Positions 50,601 through 64,000 of a DNA stretch of 64,000 nucleotides are shown piece after piece. Below the pieces are notes generated by a model. The model was not told the DNA's origin, ran no database searches, and saw only the letters and a program-made list of their open reading frames with translations. A program made the translations under genes and the position numbers. Each line of letters begins with the position of its first letter. The stretch's first letter is position 1. This DNA is from Podarcis muralis (taxonomy: Eukaryota). Location of the stretch: the NCBI RefSeq assembly GCF_964188315.1, contig NC_135655.1, positions 42,532,001 to 42,596,000 of the forward strand, read 5' to 3'.

Positions 50601-53600
50601 GTCTGCTCACAAACATCATAACGTGATTTTTTTAAAAGCTAGAAAAACACTAAAGCAGACTACAGGCAAAACTGATTAATTTGATAAGAACTGAGTTGTA
50701 AAAAAAAAATTGCATGCAGACTGAAAAGGCATTTGGTCTTCAATTTTATTGAGTGACATAAATTTAGCTCTCTAAAGTGGTAAACCAGTGTTTGGGCTAT
50801 CTAGATTACAGGTATTTAATATTTATTACAATTATTCCTACAACTATTCAGAATCCAAATTCTTCCAAGCCAGTTTACAACATAATAATATTAAAATATT
50901 AAAATAAATCTGATTCCTTCCCACAGTTGGTGGTAGATGACCATGTGAAGCACAGTAGGGAGTATAGTGTAGAAGGAACAGACAGTGATCTCTTCGCTAG
51001 CTTCTGTCCCTTGTCTGAAATCCTCCATCCAGAGCTGCTGGTGGTGTATGGCTCTAATCACCTTACAAAATTGTGTTACCATTCACTGCTCCAAATTTGG
51101 GTCAGTAACTCTTTGCAGGGGTAGAGCCAGGAGTAGGACCTCATACAGATGACCAGGATGGCTAGGTCTCATCCTAGCAGTTCCCACTCTTGGTGTCTGC
51201 AAAATCAGATCATCAAGCAGAACAGTGAGAAATGTAGCATGGATCTTTGCACAAAAGTCTGCAGAATTGTGTCTTTGGTACAATGGTATTGTAAGCAGCA
51301 GGGAGGGACTTGCATGGTTGAATATTCCACTATACAAAAAAAAGCATTTATATTTACATCTCTCCACACTGAATCCTGCACATCATGGCAAAGGCTGGAC
51401 CCTGACATGCAGGTTTTTTGTGCAGAATGATTTATTTATTTGAATTCTGACCTATATGAAGAGGGACAACCCAGACACAGGCTGACCATCTCAGTGAAAA
51501 CTAGACCTCATTCTGAAATAGAATCATAGAACTTATATTATGTCTGCTTTCTCACAGATGGTGCTGTTTTCAGCAACAGGTTCTGCGTGAATATTGTTGG
51601 TGTGAACCTCGAATCACTGTTGGATGGTAAGGCTTTGAAGCATTTTGCTTCTGTGATATTTTTTTTCTGGAAGGAGATCTGCATTTTCCAGCTTCTCTTG
51701 TGAAAAGTATTGCTGAACTTCAAGAAAACATGAAAAGCAGTCTTCTGTGAAGAACCTTCCTTTTTCTCAGATAAAACTTTCAACTAACAATGAAATTCCC
51801 AGCGTGAAGCAAAAAGCAAAGCAATTAAATCAAACTAAATATCAAATGCCTTCAAGATTTTGAAGGCATTCAGAATCATCCATGAGTTGAATAGAATGAA
51901 ATGACTTGAATATAACTTAAACCTAAAACAGAGTTTGTTGTTTCTTTGTTCTCCTATACAGAAGCAAAGGCTTTGCCATCTTCAAAACTAGTGCATAGAC
52001 TCATCTTCCAGTTTATAAACAGTCAGAGTTCATTGAAGGAAAAATGCTCAACAGTGCATCATCTTTATCAGGTAACTTAACAATGAAAAGCAAAAGGGGT
52101 TTTTTAATATGTTGCTATAATTTGTTCTATGCTGCTTTTATTGCTTGGAAGAGTCAACAAAGAAGATCCAGAAGTACAGGAAAGTCTATACATTTTGGAG
52201 CAATTCTAGGTGGAAGTAGCTTCCCAGCAGAACTTTTTCACCTGCTTTAGTGACACTGTAGTGACACTTAATGGAGGCTATGAAGAATGAAAGGAATTCA
52301 GCATCACACTCTTCCAATCATTGCAGCTTGCCAGATGGAACTATCCTGCCCCCACTCCTCCCCCTGTGCACAGTTATGGGAGTTCTCCCAACCCCTCCCC
52401 ACAAGCCAATTGCGGATGAAGAAGAGGGAAGCCCTGTTGTGTAAGCAGAAGTCCTTGCAGGGTTTCCACTGATTAGGCTGATTAGGTGAATCCTGCCCAA
52501 AGAAACTGTGTTGTGATTTGCTTTATTGTTTTTCTGCATTTGATGGCCATTTTCTAGGGTAGAAAAGCAATTTATAAAGTGATTACATTGAGTGTAACTT
52601 TAAAAGTATAGGAATGCAAATAAATGACAAAATTATGTGTTTTTACACGAGTAGAATGTGTCCTTTTATTTAAAATGCATCTCTGGGTTATTTGTGGGGC
52701 ATAGGAATTTGTTCATTCCCCACCCACCCCCCAAAAAATAGTCTGGCCCACCACATGGTCTGAGGGTTGGTGGACTGGCCCACGGCTGGACAAGCTTGCT
52801 GACCCCTAGTCTAGTTAAGTTGCTTTGTGTCCGGAGAAGGTTTGCACACATCCTCCTTCTTGCTGTGAAGAAAATGTAGAAGAGGAGTGGCGTACCTTTC
52901 TTCCCATCCTATCTCAGGAAATCTGGGGCCTAAGTTGTCATCATTACTTGCTCTGATTGTCCAATCAGGTGCTGCGTGACATTTCCCTTGTGGTGAGTCG
53001 TTGTGAACTTCTGGGAGAAGAGATCGAGTATCTAAACAGATGGGGTGGAAAATTCAATCTGCTGAAGACAGATGTGAACGATACAAAGTAAATGCTTAAC
53101 AAAGTCTATTCTAGTTCTCTAAATGTATTTGTTTGGTGTACAAGTTAGGATTGGTAGAGGGTGTGTTACAATGCTTCCAAAATCTTTCTGGCAAGAATTT
53201 AATATTTATAGCACAAAATTCTGGTGTGTTTCACCTCAGCAGGATTTTAAAAAGCCGTTTCCCCCTATATAGCAAGCAAGGAATGATAGCAAGGATATCC
53301 AGATAGCAAGCAAGGAATGAAGTATCTTAAAATATACAGTACAGTGGTACCTCTGGTTGCGAACGAGATCCGTTCCGGGGGCCCGTTCGCAACATGAGCA
53401 GAACGCAACCCGCAGCGGCATGTCTACGCATGCGCAGGTTGCGATTTGCCATGCGTGCGCAGCGAAACCCGGAAGTAACCCTTTCCGGTACTTCCGGGTC
53501 GCCGTGGGACGCAACCTGAAAAAACGTATCATGAAGCAAACATAACATGAGGTATGACTGTATTAAAAATGCATTGCATGAACAGCAGTTCAGCTATAAC

Positions 53601-55212
53601 ATGATAAAAAGAGCAGAACCAAATTAAAACATTGTGCTTCCAGAGCGAAAGATGAAACAAAACCAAGTTAAAGCAACTTTCTAAACATAAAAGAGCCTTG
53701 TCAAAACAAGATGGGCTGCCTGGCACCTAAAAGATAACAAGAAAGAGTGGATCTCCCTGACAGGGGGTCCTGCAGGCTGGGTGCGATCATAAAACGATCC
53801 TCTAGCCATCTAATCTCAGGGCAGGGGTACCCAGAAAATGGCCTTTAATGAAGGTAGATTCACTGAGGGAGCAAACAGTCATCTAGGTGGCTTGGACTAG
53901 GTGTTTTAGGCCTTTATAAGTCAAAACCCAGCTGCTTCAATTGGCCTTGGCGGCAAGCAGGGGCTCTATGAAGGTCTTTAAGAGCTGATGCAATGTTTGC
54001 AATGGAAGGTCCCTGTTAACAATCTAGCTGCTGTATTCTGGACCACTTAAAGTTCTGAAGACTTTTCAAAGTCAGCCTGAATTGTTACTAATCAAGCCTG
54101 AATTTTTATTGAAGCATAGGTAGATAGTAAGGTGGTTTTATTCCAGGAGGCAGCACAGGCATAATCTGGAATTGGAGAAAGGAAGTCGAAGGCAAAACTA
54201 TCACATTGTGATCCCAACAGCAAAGCTGGATTCAAATACTGTATATCCCTGAGTTACCAACCTGATCTTTAAGAGGGGTGCAATTCATCCAGTACAAGCT
54301 GAATGCCTCCACCATGGTCCATTCCATCTACCCACAGTACTTCAACCCTGTCTGCGTTCAGCTTCAGTTTAGCAGCTCTCACTGTGCCCTTTAGATAACT
54401 GTTTAAATATCAGTGCATCACAAAGATTTGATGAATAGAACATAAATAGCATGCAAACTGATTACCTCTCCCAACTGTTTCGTGTAGAATACTTAAGTGT
54501 GCATGCACACGAAAGCTTATACCCAGAACAAACTTAGCTGGTCTCTAAGGTGCTACTGGACAATTTTTTTATTTATTTTAACATTCAGCAGTTACTGAGG
54601 CACAACACAAATAATTCTTTGGACAGTGGAACCTCGTGTTACGGACGGGATCCATTCTGGAGGCCCATCCATAACACGGAACTGACGCAAGCCAAAGTGC
54701 CACGTCTGCACACATGCGCAGCGCGATTTAGTGCTTCTGCACATGTGCAAGTGGCAAAACCTGGAAGTAACCTGTTCCGGTACTTCGGGTTGCTGCGGGA
54801 CGCTACACGAAAACACGTAACCTGAAGCGGACGCAACATGAGGTATGACTGTGTCTATATTTTGTTTTCTACATAGAGTGAAGCTCTTATTCTCCAGTTC
54901 TGTATCATTTGCCAAGTTTGAAGTTGAACTGTCTTTATCTGCCAGCTATCCTTCGTCCCCAATAGCTTTCACCATTCCAAAATGCACCGGCAAACTTAAG
55001 TGAGTAAAATAAAACAGAGAGCAATAATTTTTACTATAGTTTTATGGGAAGGTTTTCCTTTATTTGATCCTCATATGTATGCATTTTCTCTTCACAGCCA
55101 AGAGGAAATTTCTGTTGTTTTATCCAGTGTTCCAGTGGGAGCCAACTACTTGAAGAGAATGGTCAATCACATTCATCGTAATCTGCTCCAGGGTCCTTCA
55201 ATCCAAAGATAG
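26251..55212 (+). CDS. KNL1: Kinetochore scaffold 1 (KNL1/CASC5/Spc105 family)
   Basis: Coding exons 26251-26285, 26565-26604, 29633-29692, 30791-30852, 32013-32059, 32169-32205, 33020-33057, 34813-34865, 36216-39812, 40157-40295, 42214-42281, 42612-42707, 43134-43249, 45552-45642, 46756-46872, 47848(or 47854)-47935, 48599-48682, 49167-49206, 49320-49421, 50379-50479, 51558-51626, 51962-52071, 52969-53087, 54877-54999, 55098-55212. Total 5547 nt, about 1848 aa, frame continuous. SILK (RRISSILK) and RVSF PP1 motifs, MELT repeats, KI motif, coiled coil and a C-terminal RWD region (FSEW..KEWNDHQAVFTFLYD; LLFSSSVSFAKFEV). Confidence 0.93.
26629..26676. repeat. (TA)n microsatellite
   Basis: About 24 perfect TA units, 24 nt downstream of KNL1 exon 26565-26604. 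Confidence 0.95.
27100..27326. mobile_element. Tc1/mariner-type MITE
   Basis: CAGTGGTGCC ... GGCACCACTG inverted termini with TA flanks. Confidence 0.85.
27801..28491. mobile_element. CAGTGGTACC-type MITE hosting a second MITE
   Basis: TIR CAGTGGTACCTTGGGTTA / TAACCCAAGGTACCACTG with TA flanks. Interrupted at GAATTA|AGTAC. Confidence 0.85.
27887..28465. mobile_element. MITE of the 3932-4543 family with an internal ~108-bp tandem array
   Basis: TIR CCGTATTTTTCGCCC / GGGCGAAAAATACGG. TA duplication at 27885-27886 and 28466-28467. Units start at 28057, 28166 and 28274. Confidence 0.85.
29960..30200 (+). mobile_element. L2 LINE 3' end
   Basis: GTGGCGCCCGCCCTGTGGAACGCCCTCCC ... TTTAGAAGACATCTGAAGGC ... 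GTTGGAAGCCGCCCAGAGTGGCTGGG tail. Confidence 0.7.
32257..32490. mobile_element. Tc1/mariner-type MITE
   Basis: TIR CAGTGGTACCTTGGTTTA / TAAACCAAGGTACCACTG with TA flanks. Confidence 0.85.
34902..35256. mobile_element. Tigger/pogo-like non-autonomous DNA element
   Basis: CCATATATACTCAGGTATAAG head, ending CACTCGAGTATA, with a GC-rich interior. Confidence 0.6.
35430..35661. mobile_element. Tc1/mariner-type MITE (CAGTGGTACCTC ... GAGGTATGACTG)
   Basis: TA flanks. Same family at 53342-53560 and 54624-54851. Confidence 0.85.
35799..36009. mobile_element. Tc1/mariner-type MITE
   Basis: CAGTGGTA..CTCGGATTAC ... TAACCTGAGGTACCCCTG with TA flanks. Same family at 50070-50287 and 56373-56598. Confidence 0.85.
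36216..39812 (+). CDS. KNL1: KNL1 giant exon (MELT-repeat region)
   Basis: 3597-nt phase-0 exon between TATAG| and |GTGGGT. Contains FSDENEMDMTSGHT, KINFDDFLKSLK and multiple xNxMExT repeats. Confidence 0.95.
41282..41607. mobile_element. hAT-type MITE
   Basis: Perfect 15-bp TIR CAGTGTTTTTCAACC and 8-bp TSD TATTAAAC (41274-41281 and 41608-41615). Confidence 0.9.
44888..45310 (+). mobile_element. Probable LTR-retrotransposon LTR fragment (Gypsy-like, begins TGT)
   Basis: A purine- and GC-rich block starts abruptly at TGTCAGG between two AT microsatellite tracts. The family assignment is from resemblance only. Confidence 0.45.
45770..46009. mobile_element. Tc1/mariner-type MITE
   Basis: CAGTGGTACCTTGGTT ... 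AACCGAGGTACCACTG with TA flanks. Confidence 0.85.
50070..50287. mobile_element. Tc1/mariner-type MITE
   Basis: CAGTGGTACCTCAG ... CTGAGGTACCACTG with TA flanks. Confidence 0.85.
53342..53560. mobile_element. Tc1/mariner-type MITE
   Basis: CAGTGGTACCTC ... GAGGTATGACTG with TA flanks. Confidence 0.85.
53600..54420 (-). mobile_element. L2 LINE RT fragment (degenerate)
   Basis: The minus strand at about 54021-54043 encodes VQNTAAR, matching the L2 QLVQNAAAR motif. Boundaries are approximate. Confidence 0.55.
54624..54851. mobile_element. Tc1/mariner-type MITE abutting a KNL1 splice acceptor
   Basis: CAGTGGAACCTC ... GAGGTATGACTG, preceded by a Penelope-like remnant (about 54490-54590). Confidence 0.8.
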
Positions 55213-56372
55213 CAGAGCAGCGGGGAGGTGGGGTGGAATGAGCAATCATTCAGTAGTCAAATCTTTGCTTATTTTCTTAGTAAGGATCACCACTTAGTCC
55301 TTTTTGTCTACTGAAAAGTGTATAGCTAAGGGATATTGCATAGTTCTGTTGTTGTTTTCTAGCACTTTTTAAGGCTACTCTTAATTTCTGATAAATTAAT
55401 TTTACTGCAAAACTGATGTTGCAGTTCTTCTGCAGTAGTTAGTCCAATTTCATAGGTCAAGTACTGCAGTGATGTGTATCTTCCAAGGCCTACATGTGTA
55501 TTAATGGCACATAGAAAAGTAGGTGTGCTATCCAATGTTTCGGACTTGTAATGAAGTGAGTATTGGTGCATCCATGCTTCTGTTGACTGAATTATTTGGC
55601 TGCCATCGTCACTACTCCAGTCTGACTGTTAAGATTTTTAAATTATTCAGATTGATGTGGTTGCATCTCATATCTACAAAGCTTATATTATTATAATAAG
55701 GCATCCATATTTTCTCCACTGTGGTCTCTAGTTGCTGGACGATGTATGTATATGTGTAAAGTATAGCATTTTTAATGCTTTTTGAATTGTTTAGGTTTTT
55801 TAATTTTGTTACTTTTTGTTAATGGGGGAAGTATAATAAACCCACCTACACTAAAAAAAGTTGTCTTAGTGGTGACTTGTAAGTTAAAGTAATGCTGCCA
55901 ACACTTCCTCTAAATCCACTATTTACTTTGGTGGGGGGGGGTGTGTTTTAAATCCTTTAAACTGTTTGGACGATTTTGTTTTTGCTGTTTGTCTTTCCAC
56001 TCCTTCAAAAATAGTTTCATATCAAAAGACTGAAAAAACAAATTACTCATTAGAAAACATCAATGGAATAAATGCAAAATATTACACATTCAGTTCTAAG
56101 AAGATTGTAAGTTATATTAATCATGGTATTGTGCTCATTTCTCCCTGCTTTTCCTTTCTATAATGTGGTGGTTGTGGTAAAATAACTTGTTTTGACAACC
56201 TATTCCTTGTTTAACTTTCTAGAACTGTTTCAGAAAAATTCTGAATATTTTGGATGAAAGGATTCATTCTACTCTTCCTTTCAATTTAATAACCTCACAA
56301 AATAAAAAGATAAATAAATGTTATTTCACAGACAAGATGAGGCCAAAGTATATGCTTAAAAAGAACAGCATA

Positions 56373-56598
56373 CAGTGGTACTTCAGGTTAAGTACTTAAT
56401 TTGTTCCGGAGGTCCGTTCTTAACCTGACACTGTTCTTAACCTGAAGCACCACTTTAGCTAATGGGGCCTCCTGCTGCCGCTGCGCCGCCGGAGCACGAT
56501 TTCTGTTCTCATCCTGAAGCAAAGTTATTAACCTGAAGCACTATTTCTGGGTTAGCGGAGTCTGTAACCTGAAGCGTATGTAACCTGAGGTACCACTG
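56373..56598. mobile_element. Tc1/mariner-type MITE (inverse orientation to 50070-50287)
   Basis: CAGTGGTACTTCAGG ... CCTGAGGTACCACTG with TA flanks. Confidence 0.85.
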
Positions 56599-58030
56599 TA
56601 TACCATTTTATACTGCCCATTAACAATTAGGTATCTGAACACCATAAACCAGACTAGCAACCACTTGCTCAAGCTCCTTGCTCAGAAAGGAGATGTTAGC
56701 AACCAGCTATCATTTATATTTTCTGGGTCCAGCTAGGTTTTTTTAGGAGTGCTTAATTACCATTTTGTTTAAGGAGGTTAACACCACTTCTCTGAAGGAG
56801 GTGCCTACAACTCTTGGCCAGACATCCCCTTCTTATTAGATGAAATAAGCTGCAAAGGGCTGGTTTTTGACAGGTGGTCAGCTGGTGTTTGCCAAGCACC
56901 TTGTCCACATCCTTGGTCCTCAGCAACTGAAAGTTGCCCTTTTGTTGCTCTGTACACCTCTACTAGCACAAAGGCATTAGTTGTGGAGTCCAAGTCATGA
57001 CTGTTCCAGCTGACAATCAACTGAGGCTGCAAAACCAAAGAGAAGCAGACCAGCCTCTGTAACCAGCTAGGGATCACTGGAATATTACACTGCTTGCCTC
57101 CCAGAGACAAGCCAGAGCAACTGCACCTTCTGGTCCTCTGCTTTCTTGACTACTGAGCCTTGCTGGGGTTGCACTGGGCTGAACAGATGAAAGGATTCCC
57201 GGCTCTGCCTCATTAATTTCTGCATCTATCAAATTTACTCTTATCAGTACCAATCAGTAATCACTTGATAACATTTATTAATGAAAGTAGAACAGATATC
57301 TCATTGCTTCAGTTCATTTTTAAAGAAGTTTGCAGTTGATTAATAATTGCCTCAAGTTAGCACTATGCTGTTACAAAAGTTCCCCAACCTGTAGCTGTTT
57401 TTTCAGTGCTGTAGTGGCTGTTCTACATAGTTAGCATTTTCTAACAAAACAATTACTATTGGTAGAAGAGCCATGTAGAATTGAATAAAGCAAACGCCAA
57501 CCACCTTAGGCCCATGGATTCACTGGGATTTTTGAGTGAGTGCTCTTGGTACCACCTCCTCTGGTTCCTTCTTGTGTCACTCCCATGGATCAGCCCCCTA
57601 CTTGGAAGGTAGCGAGTACATGCACACACTTTTGCACAGATCCCTTAGGAAAGCAAATGTCATTGGGAGGGCCTTATAGGCTTCTTGTGCACCAGGGTAA
57701 GACATAAAGGGTTCCTATGGGGGTTACATGGGACTAGGAAACCTACTGTTTTGGTGTTATGGCTGTGCTTCACCGTCAGAGGGCACTCCTGCTGCAAGTT
57801 TTTGACAGCTTTCAAATTCCCATTTGTTTTACTGGCTAATTAAAATGGAAAGTTGCTGGTTGGAACTGTAGTGTATATTTGTTTATTAGAGTAGCCCATT
57901 GCATCTGCTTGGGCTATCTGTTCCAGATGATAGCAGGGTGGATTGATTTTAAATTGGTAGTTTAAAAAAATCCAATGTAAATTATGGGAGGCAAGCCCTG
58001 CCCTACATAATCACACATAATCACTACATA

Positions 58031-58601
58031 ATGAATGTTGGCATCCATCTGTCTGGAAAGACAACGGAGTGTGCCTCTGGGGGTGAAGTCAAGCTGCAGC
58101 ACCGAAGTGATTTCCCCAGGGCACAAGCCCCAGGGACGCAGGTGGCAGGGGTGCGCTCCCGTTCGGTCCCAGCGCCTGCCAACCTAGCAGTTCGAAAGCA
58201 CCTTCGGGTGCAAGTAGATAAATAGGGACCGCTTACCAGCGGGAAGGTAAACGGCGTTTCCGTGTGCGGCTCTGGCTCGCCAGAGCAGCGATGTCACGCT
58301 GGCCACGTGACCCGGAAGTGTCTTCGGACAGCGCTGGCCCTCGGCCTCTTGAGTGAGATGGGCGCACAACCCTAGAGTCTGTCAAGACTGGCCCGTACGG
58401 GCAGGGGTACCTTTACCTTTTATAAATACCCTCACAGCAAAATTTGGGTCTCACAGCAATCCCACCACCATTGTTGTGGTCACCTGGCAAGAGGCGATCA
58501 GGATGAATGTTGGCATCCATCTGTCTGGAAAGACAACGGAGTGTGCCTCTGGGGGTGAAGTCAAGCTGCAGCACCGAAGTGATTTCCCCAGGGCACAAGC
58601 C
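58031..58601 (+). repeat. 99-bp perfect direct repeat (58031-58129 and 58503-58601)
   Basis: ATGAATGTTGGCATCC...GGGCACAAGCC is identical in both copies. Confidence 0.9.
58133..58421 (+). mobile_element. Sauria SINE with internal deletion
   Basis: The head GGGACGCAGGTGGC is joined directly to AGGGGTGCGCTCCCG, so the B-box region is missing. CCTTTA tail. Confidence 0.9.
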
Positions 58602-58933
58602 TGGGCAGTGCATACGGAGGTCCTGGGCTGCTCATGCAAGACCCTCATTTTCAGCCTGTCTTGACATGCAGGGAAGTCTAACTGAGGTTTTGCTACCCAT
58701 TGGCTACTCTCACCTGGTTTAGCTGGCCAGTCGAAGCCATCCTGAGGTGTGGGTGCTATCTATCCCATGCTGACAGCATCTAGGACACACATCTGCATCT
58801 AGATTAATGCAGGGTGGGGACCAAAGGTGGACAAACTCATAGGAGCCAACTCCTAGGGGCCGAGGGGTCTTTGCCAATAAAAATATCAGAGGGAGCTGGG
58901 CCTCCCACCGTTGACGGGCATTGCCATTCAAAT

Positions 58934-59023
58934 CATAGCTATTAACGTTTCCCTTTTTTAAAGGGAAATTCCCTTATTCCAAATAGGATTCCTCGCAAGA
59001 AAAGGGAAAAGTTGACTGCTATG
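58934..59023. mobile_element. 90-bp hAT-type MITE
   Basis: Imperfect TIR CATAGCTATTAAC / GTTGACTGCTATG and 8-bp TSD ATTCAAAT (58926-58933 and 59024-59031). Confidence 0.8.
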
Positions 59024-59519
59024 ATTCAAATGGTGTGCATGCACAGCATCGTGTGATTATGTAGGGCAGGGCTTGCCTCCCACCCCCCATATTTTGTAAA
59101 AGTTGGCACTCCTGGACAAATTACCCCAGAAGGAGCACAATGTGTCGTCCACCAGAGGTACTACCCCTCCTTTAACACCCCATATACTATATTTTAAAGC
59201 CACGTGTGTGCGCATGTGCCTGTGCGTCAACATTGCAAGAGTGAAATGTGTGAGGAGAAACACAACGGGGGGGGGGGGCTGTTTGGGTTTCAAGTTCCTC
59301 TCTTTCCCAGTATGTGTTCTGCAGATGCGGCCACCGAGTCCAAACCTCTTCAGCCCGCTGTGAATACAAGGTCTAGACTACTACCCTGAGTGGACCGCCG
59401 CCCCGCCCCTCAAAATCTACCAACAACCCAGATGATGTTGGACTACAACTCCCATCATCCCTGAGCTCTGGCCTTGCTGGCTAGGGTTGATGGGAGTTGT
59501 AGTTCAACAACATCTGGCG

Positions 59520-60060
59520 ACCCACAGGTTGAGAAAGGCTGCCTCAGAACTTTTGAAAGGGGCGGGGCGGGGCTTAAGAGGAAGGCACGCGTAGGCCCCG
59601 CCCCGCTACAATCCGCTAACGAGCCGGACGAGCGCCAAACCCGGGAAAGGGAGCATGCGCGCTGAAGGCCTCCGCCCTTCCGAGACGTCGCTACGCGCGT
59701 GCGCGTCGGTTGCGTCACGCAGTGGCGGGCTCGTCTGAATCCGGAACGGGGACGGAGGGAGCGGAGTGTGTGAGCGGAGGTGAGTCCGTGGGCCGCTCCT
59801 TCCGTTCGCCCTCGCGGGACGAAGAAACGGCCTTTCTCCGCCATCCCCCCTCCGAATGGCGTCCGTCGTTGTTGGGTCACTGAAAGGCCCAGGGAGCGGG
59901 TCGAGAGTTGGGCTCGGGCTTCCCGGCCTACCTGAGAAACGGAGAGGCTAAGGAATAAGGAGCTGCTCGCGAGGCCTCCTGTTCTGGCGGCCTCCGTGTG
60001 CTTTTGCCTCTGCTGCGCGACCTTGTTTGCTTATTGCGGTTTATACGCCGCCTTTCTTCC
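59520..60060 (+). promoter_or_regulatory. RAD51 CpG-island promoter and non-coding exon 1
   Basis: GC boxes, TGGCGGG plus TCTGAA at 59723-59739, and donor GGAG|GTGAGT at 59779/59780. Confidence 0.8.
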
Positions 60061-60428
60061 CCGAGCAGCCCAGGGAAAGCGCAGTTAACAAAGCAAAAAC
60101 ACCCTGAAACGATTTAGGCGCTCTAAAAACAGAGGCGAGGTTAAAAACAAACACGTGAAAGCAGTTACAGTTGAAAACTGTTACGTGGCAGTTCGCCAAT
60201 AAAATGTGAATACAAAATGTGGGAAGGTGGGTTAAGCGCAAGCCTCTACTCCAAAGCGAGTGAGCGAACCTCTCTGTTGTTACAGTAGTGGTGGTAGCGT
60301 CCTGTGTGACCATAAGGTTGTAGCAGTAAGATGAAATCGTTGTTTACAAAAAAAATACATCACTGAAAATGCATAACTCCTGCATTAGGTACTTCCTGTT
60401 TTGATAGGAGCATTGACTGATGTGCGCC

Positions 60429-63390
<2,962 letters not shown>

Positions 63391-64000
63391 TAGAAGATTG
63401 TATAACAATACTGCCATCTACTGACAGTTGATGAAATAAATGCATGGTACTCTGTATCAAGTCCATAGTGAACTTGATTTATTGTTAAACATTTCCCACT
63501 GAAAGTGACACATCATTTGCTCGGGTCAAACCTATTTAATAGATTTTTATTCCATTTTTCAGATGAATCTCCTCACAAAGGGACAAGCATAACATTAACA
63601 ATACAAAAGCACAATTTAAAACTTTTATAACACCTCAGAACATTACAAATAGCCACTACATTAAAACCACAGTCATATAAACAGAATTAATTAGATTAAA
63701 TGTGAGAATATGCTTTTTGAAAAGAAAACTATTTGAAAAGTCACACAATTTGGCTACATGCTTCTACAAAAATGGACTTGGAGAAGTGATAGTTATATTA
63801 ATTAACATGATAGTTACATTGCTTCCTGGGCAAACTTGAAAAGTTTGAGTTTTCTTTAAATGGGATTAAATGAAAGTGCACATTGTAAGCTTGAATGCAA
63901 CAAAGCAGAGAAATCTGACAATTATCTCTGGTACGTCACTTGCAGAGAGCAGCAGGAAGGGTAATAAAGAAAAGCTATTCAATATAAATGGAACATATAA

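Noticed and set aside
60420-60428. Upstream in-frame ATG (MCA-) before RAD51 MAMQ
   Set aside because: Poor Kozak context. The conserved start is the strong GCCATGG at 60429.

Overview
This is a vertebrate nuclear genomic window, most likely from a squamate (lacertid-like) lizard, inferred from the Sauria-type SINEs and reptile L2/CR1/RTE/Penelope/MITE repeats. It carries four plus-strand spliced genes, whose exons I assembled by hand from GT-AG junctions and reading-frame continuity. (1) A PCMT1-paralogous protein-L-isoaspartate O-methyltransferase (PIMT-like; CDS 3238-11009 or 3238-12648). (2) RPUSD2 (15452-19194). (3) KNL1/CASC5 (26251-55212, 25 coding exons, about 1848 aa). (4) The 5' half of RAD51 (from 60429, continuing past the window end). 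A tRNA-Ser(GCT) lies head-to-head with the KNL1 promoter. The order RPUSD2-tRNA-Ser-KNL1-RAD51 matches my recollection of human 15q15.1, with the PIMT-like gene as an extra. The strongest candidate for new biology is this PIMT paralogue. It has an optional signal-peptide-like N-terminal extension selected by start-codon choice, and an optional spliced -RGEL C-terminus, which suggests a secretory-pathway or ER isoaspartyl-repair enzyme. Other notable items are a degenerate KI1 motif and higher-order MELT repeats in KNL1, substitutions at normally invariant RAD51 residues, a locally templated complex insertion upstream of RAD51, and modular MITEs carrying hairpin minisatellites. No database searches were run, so all homology calls come from recalled family sequences.
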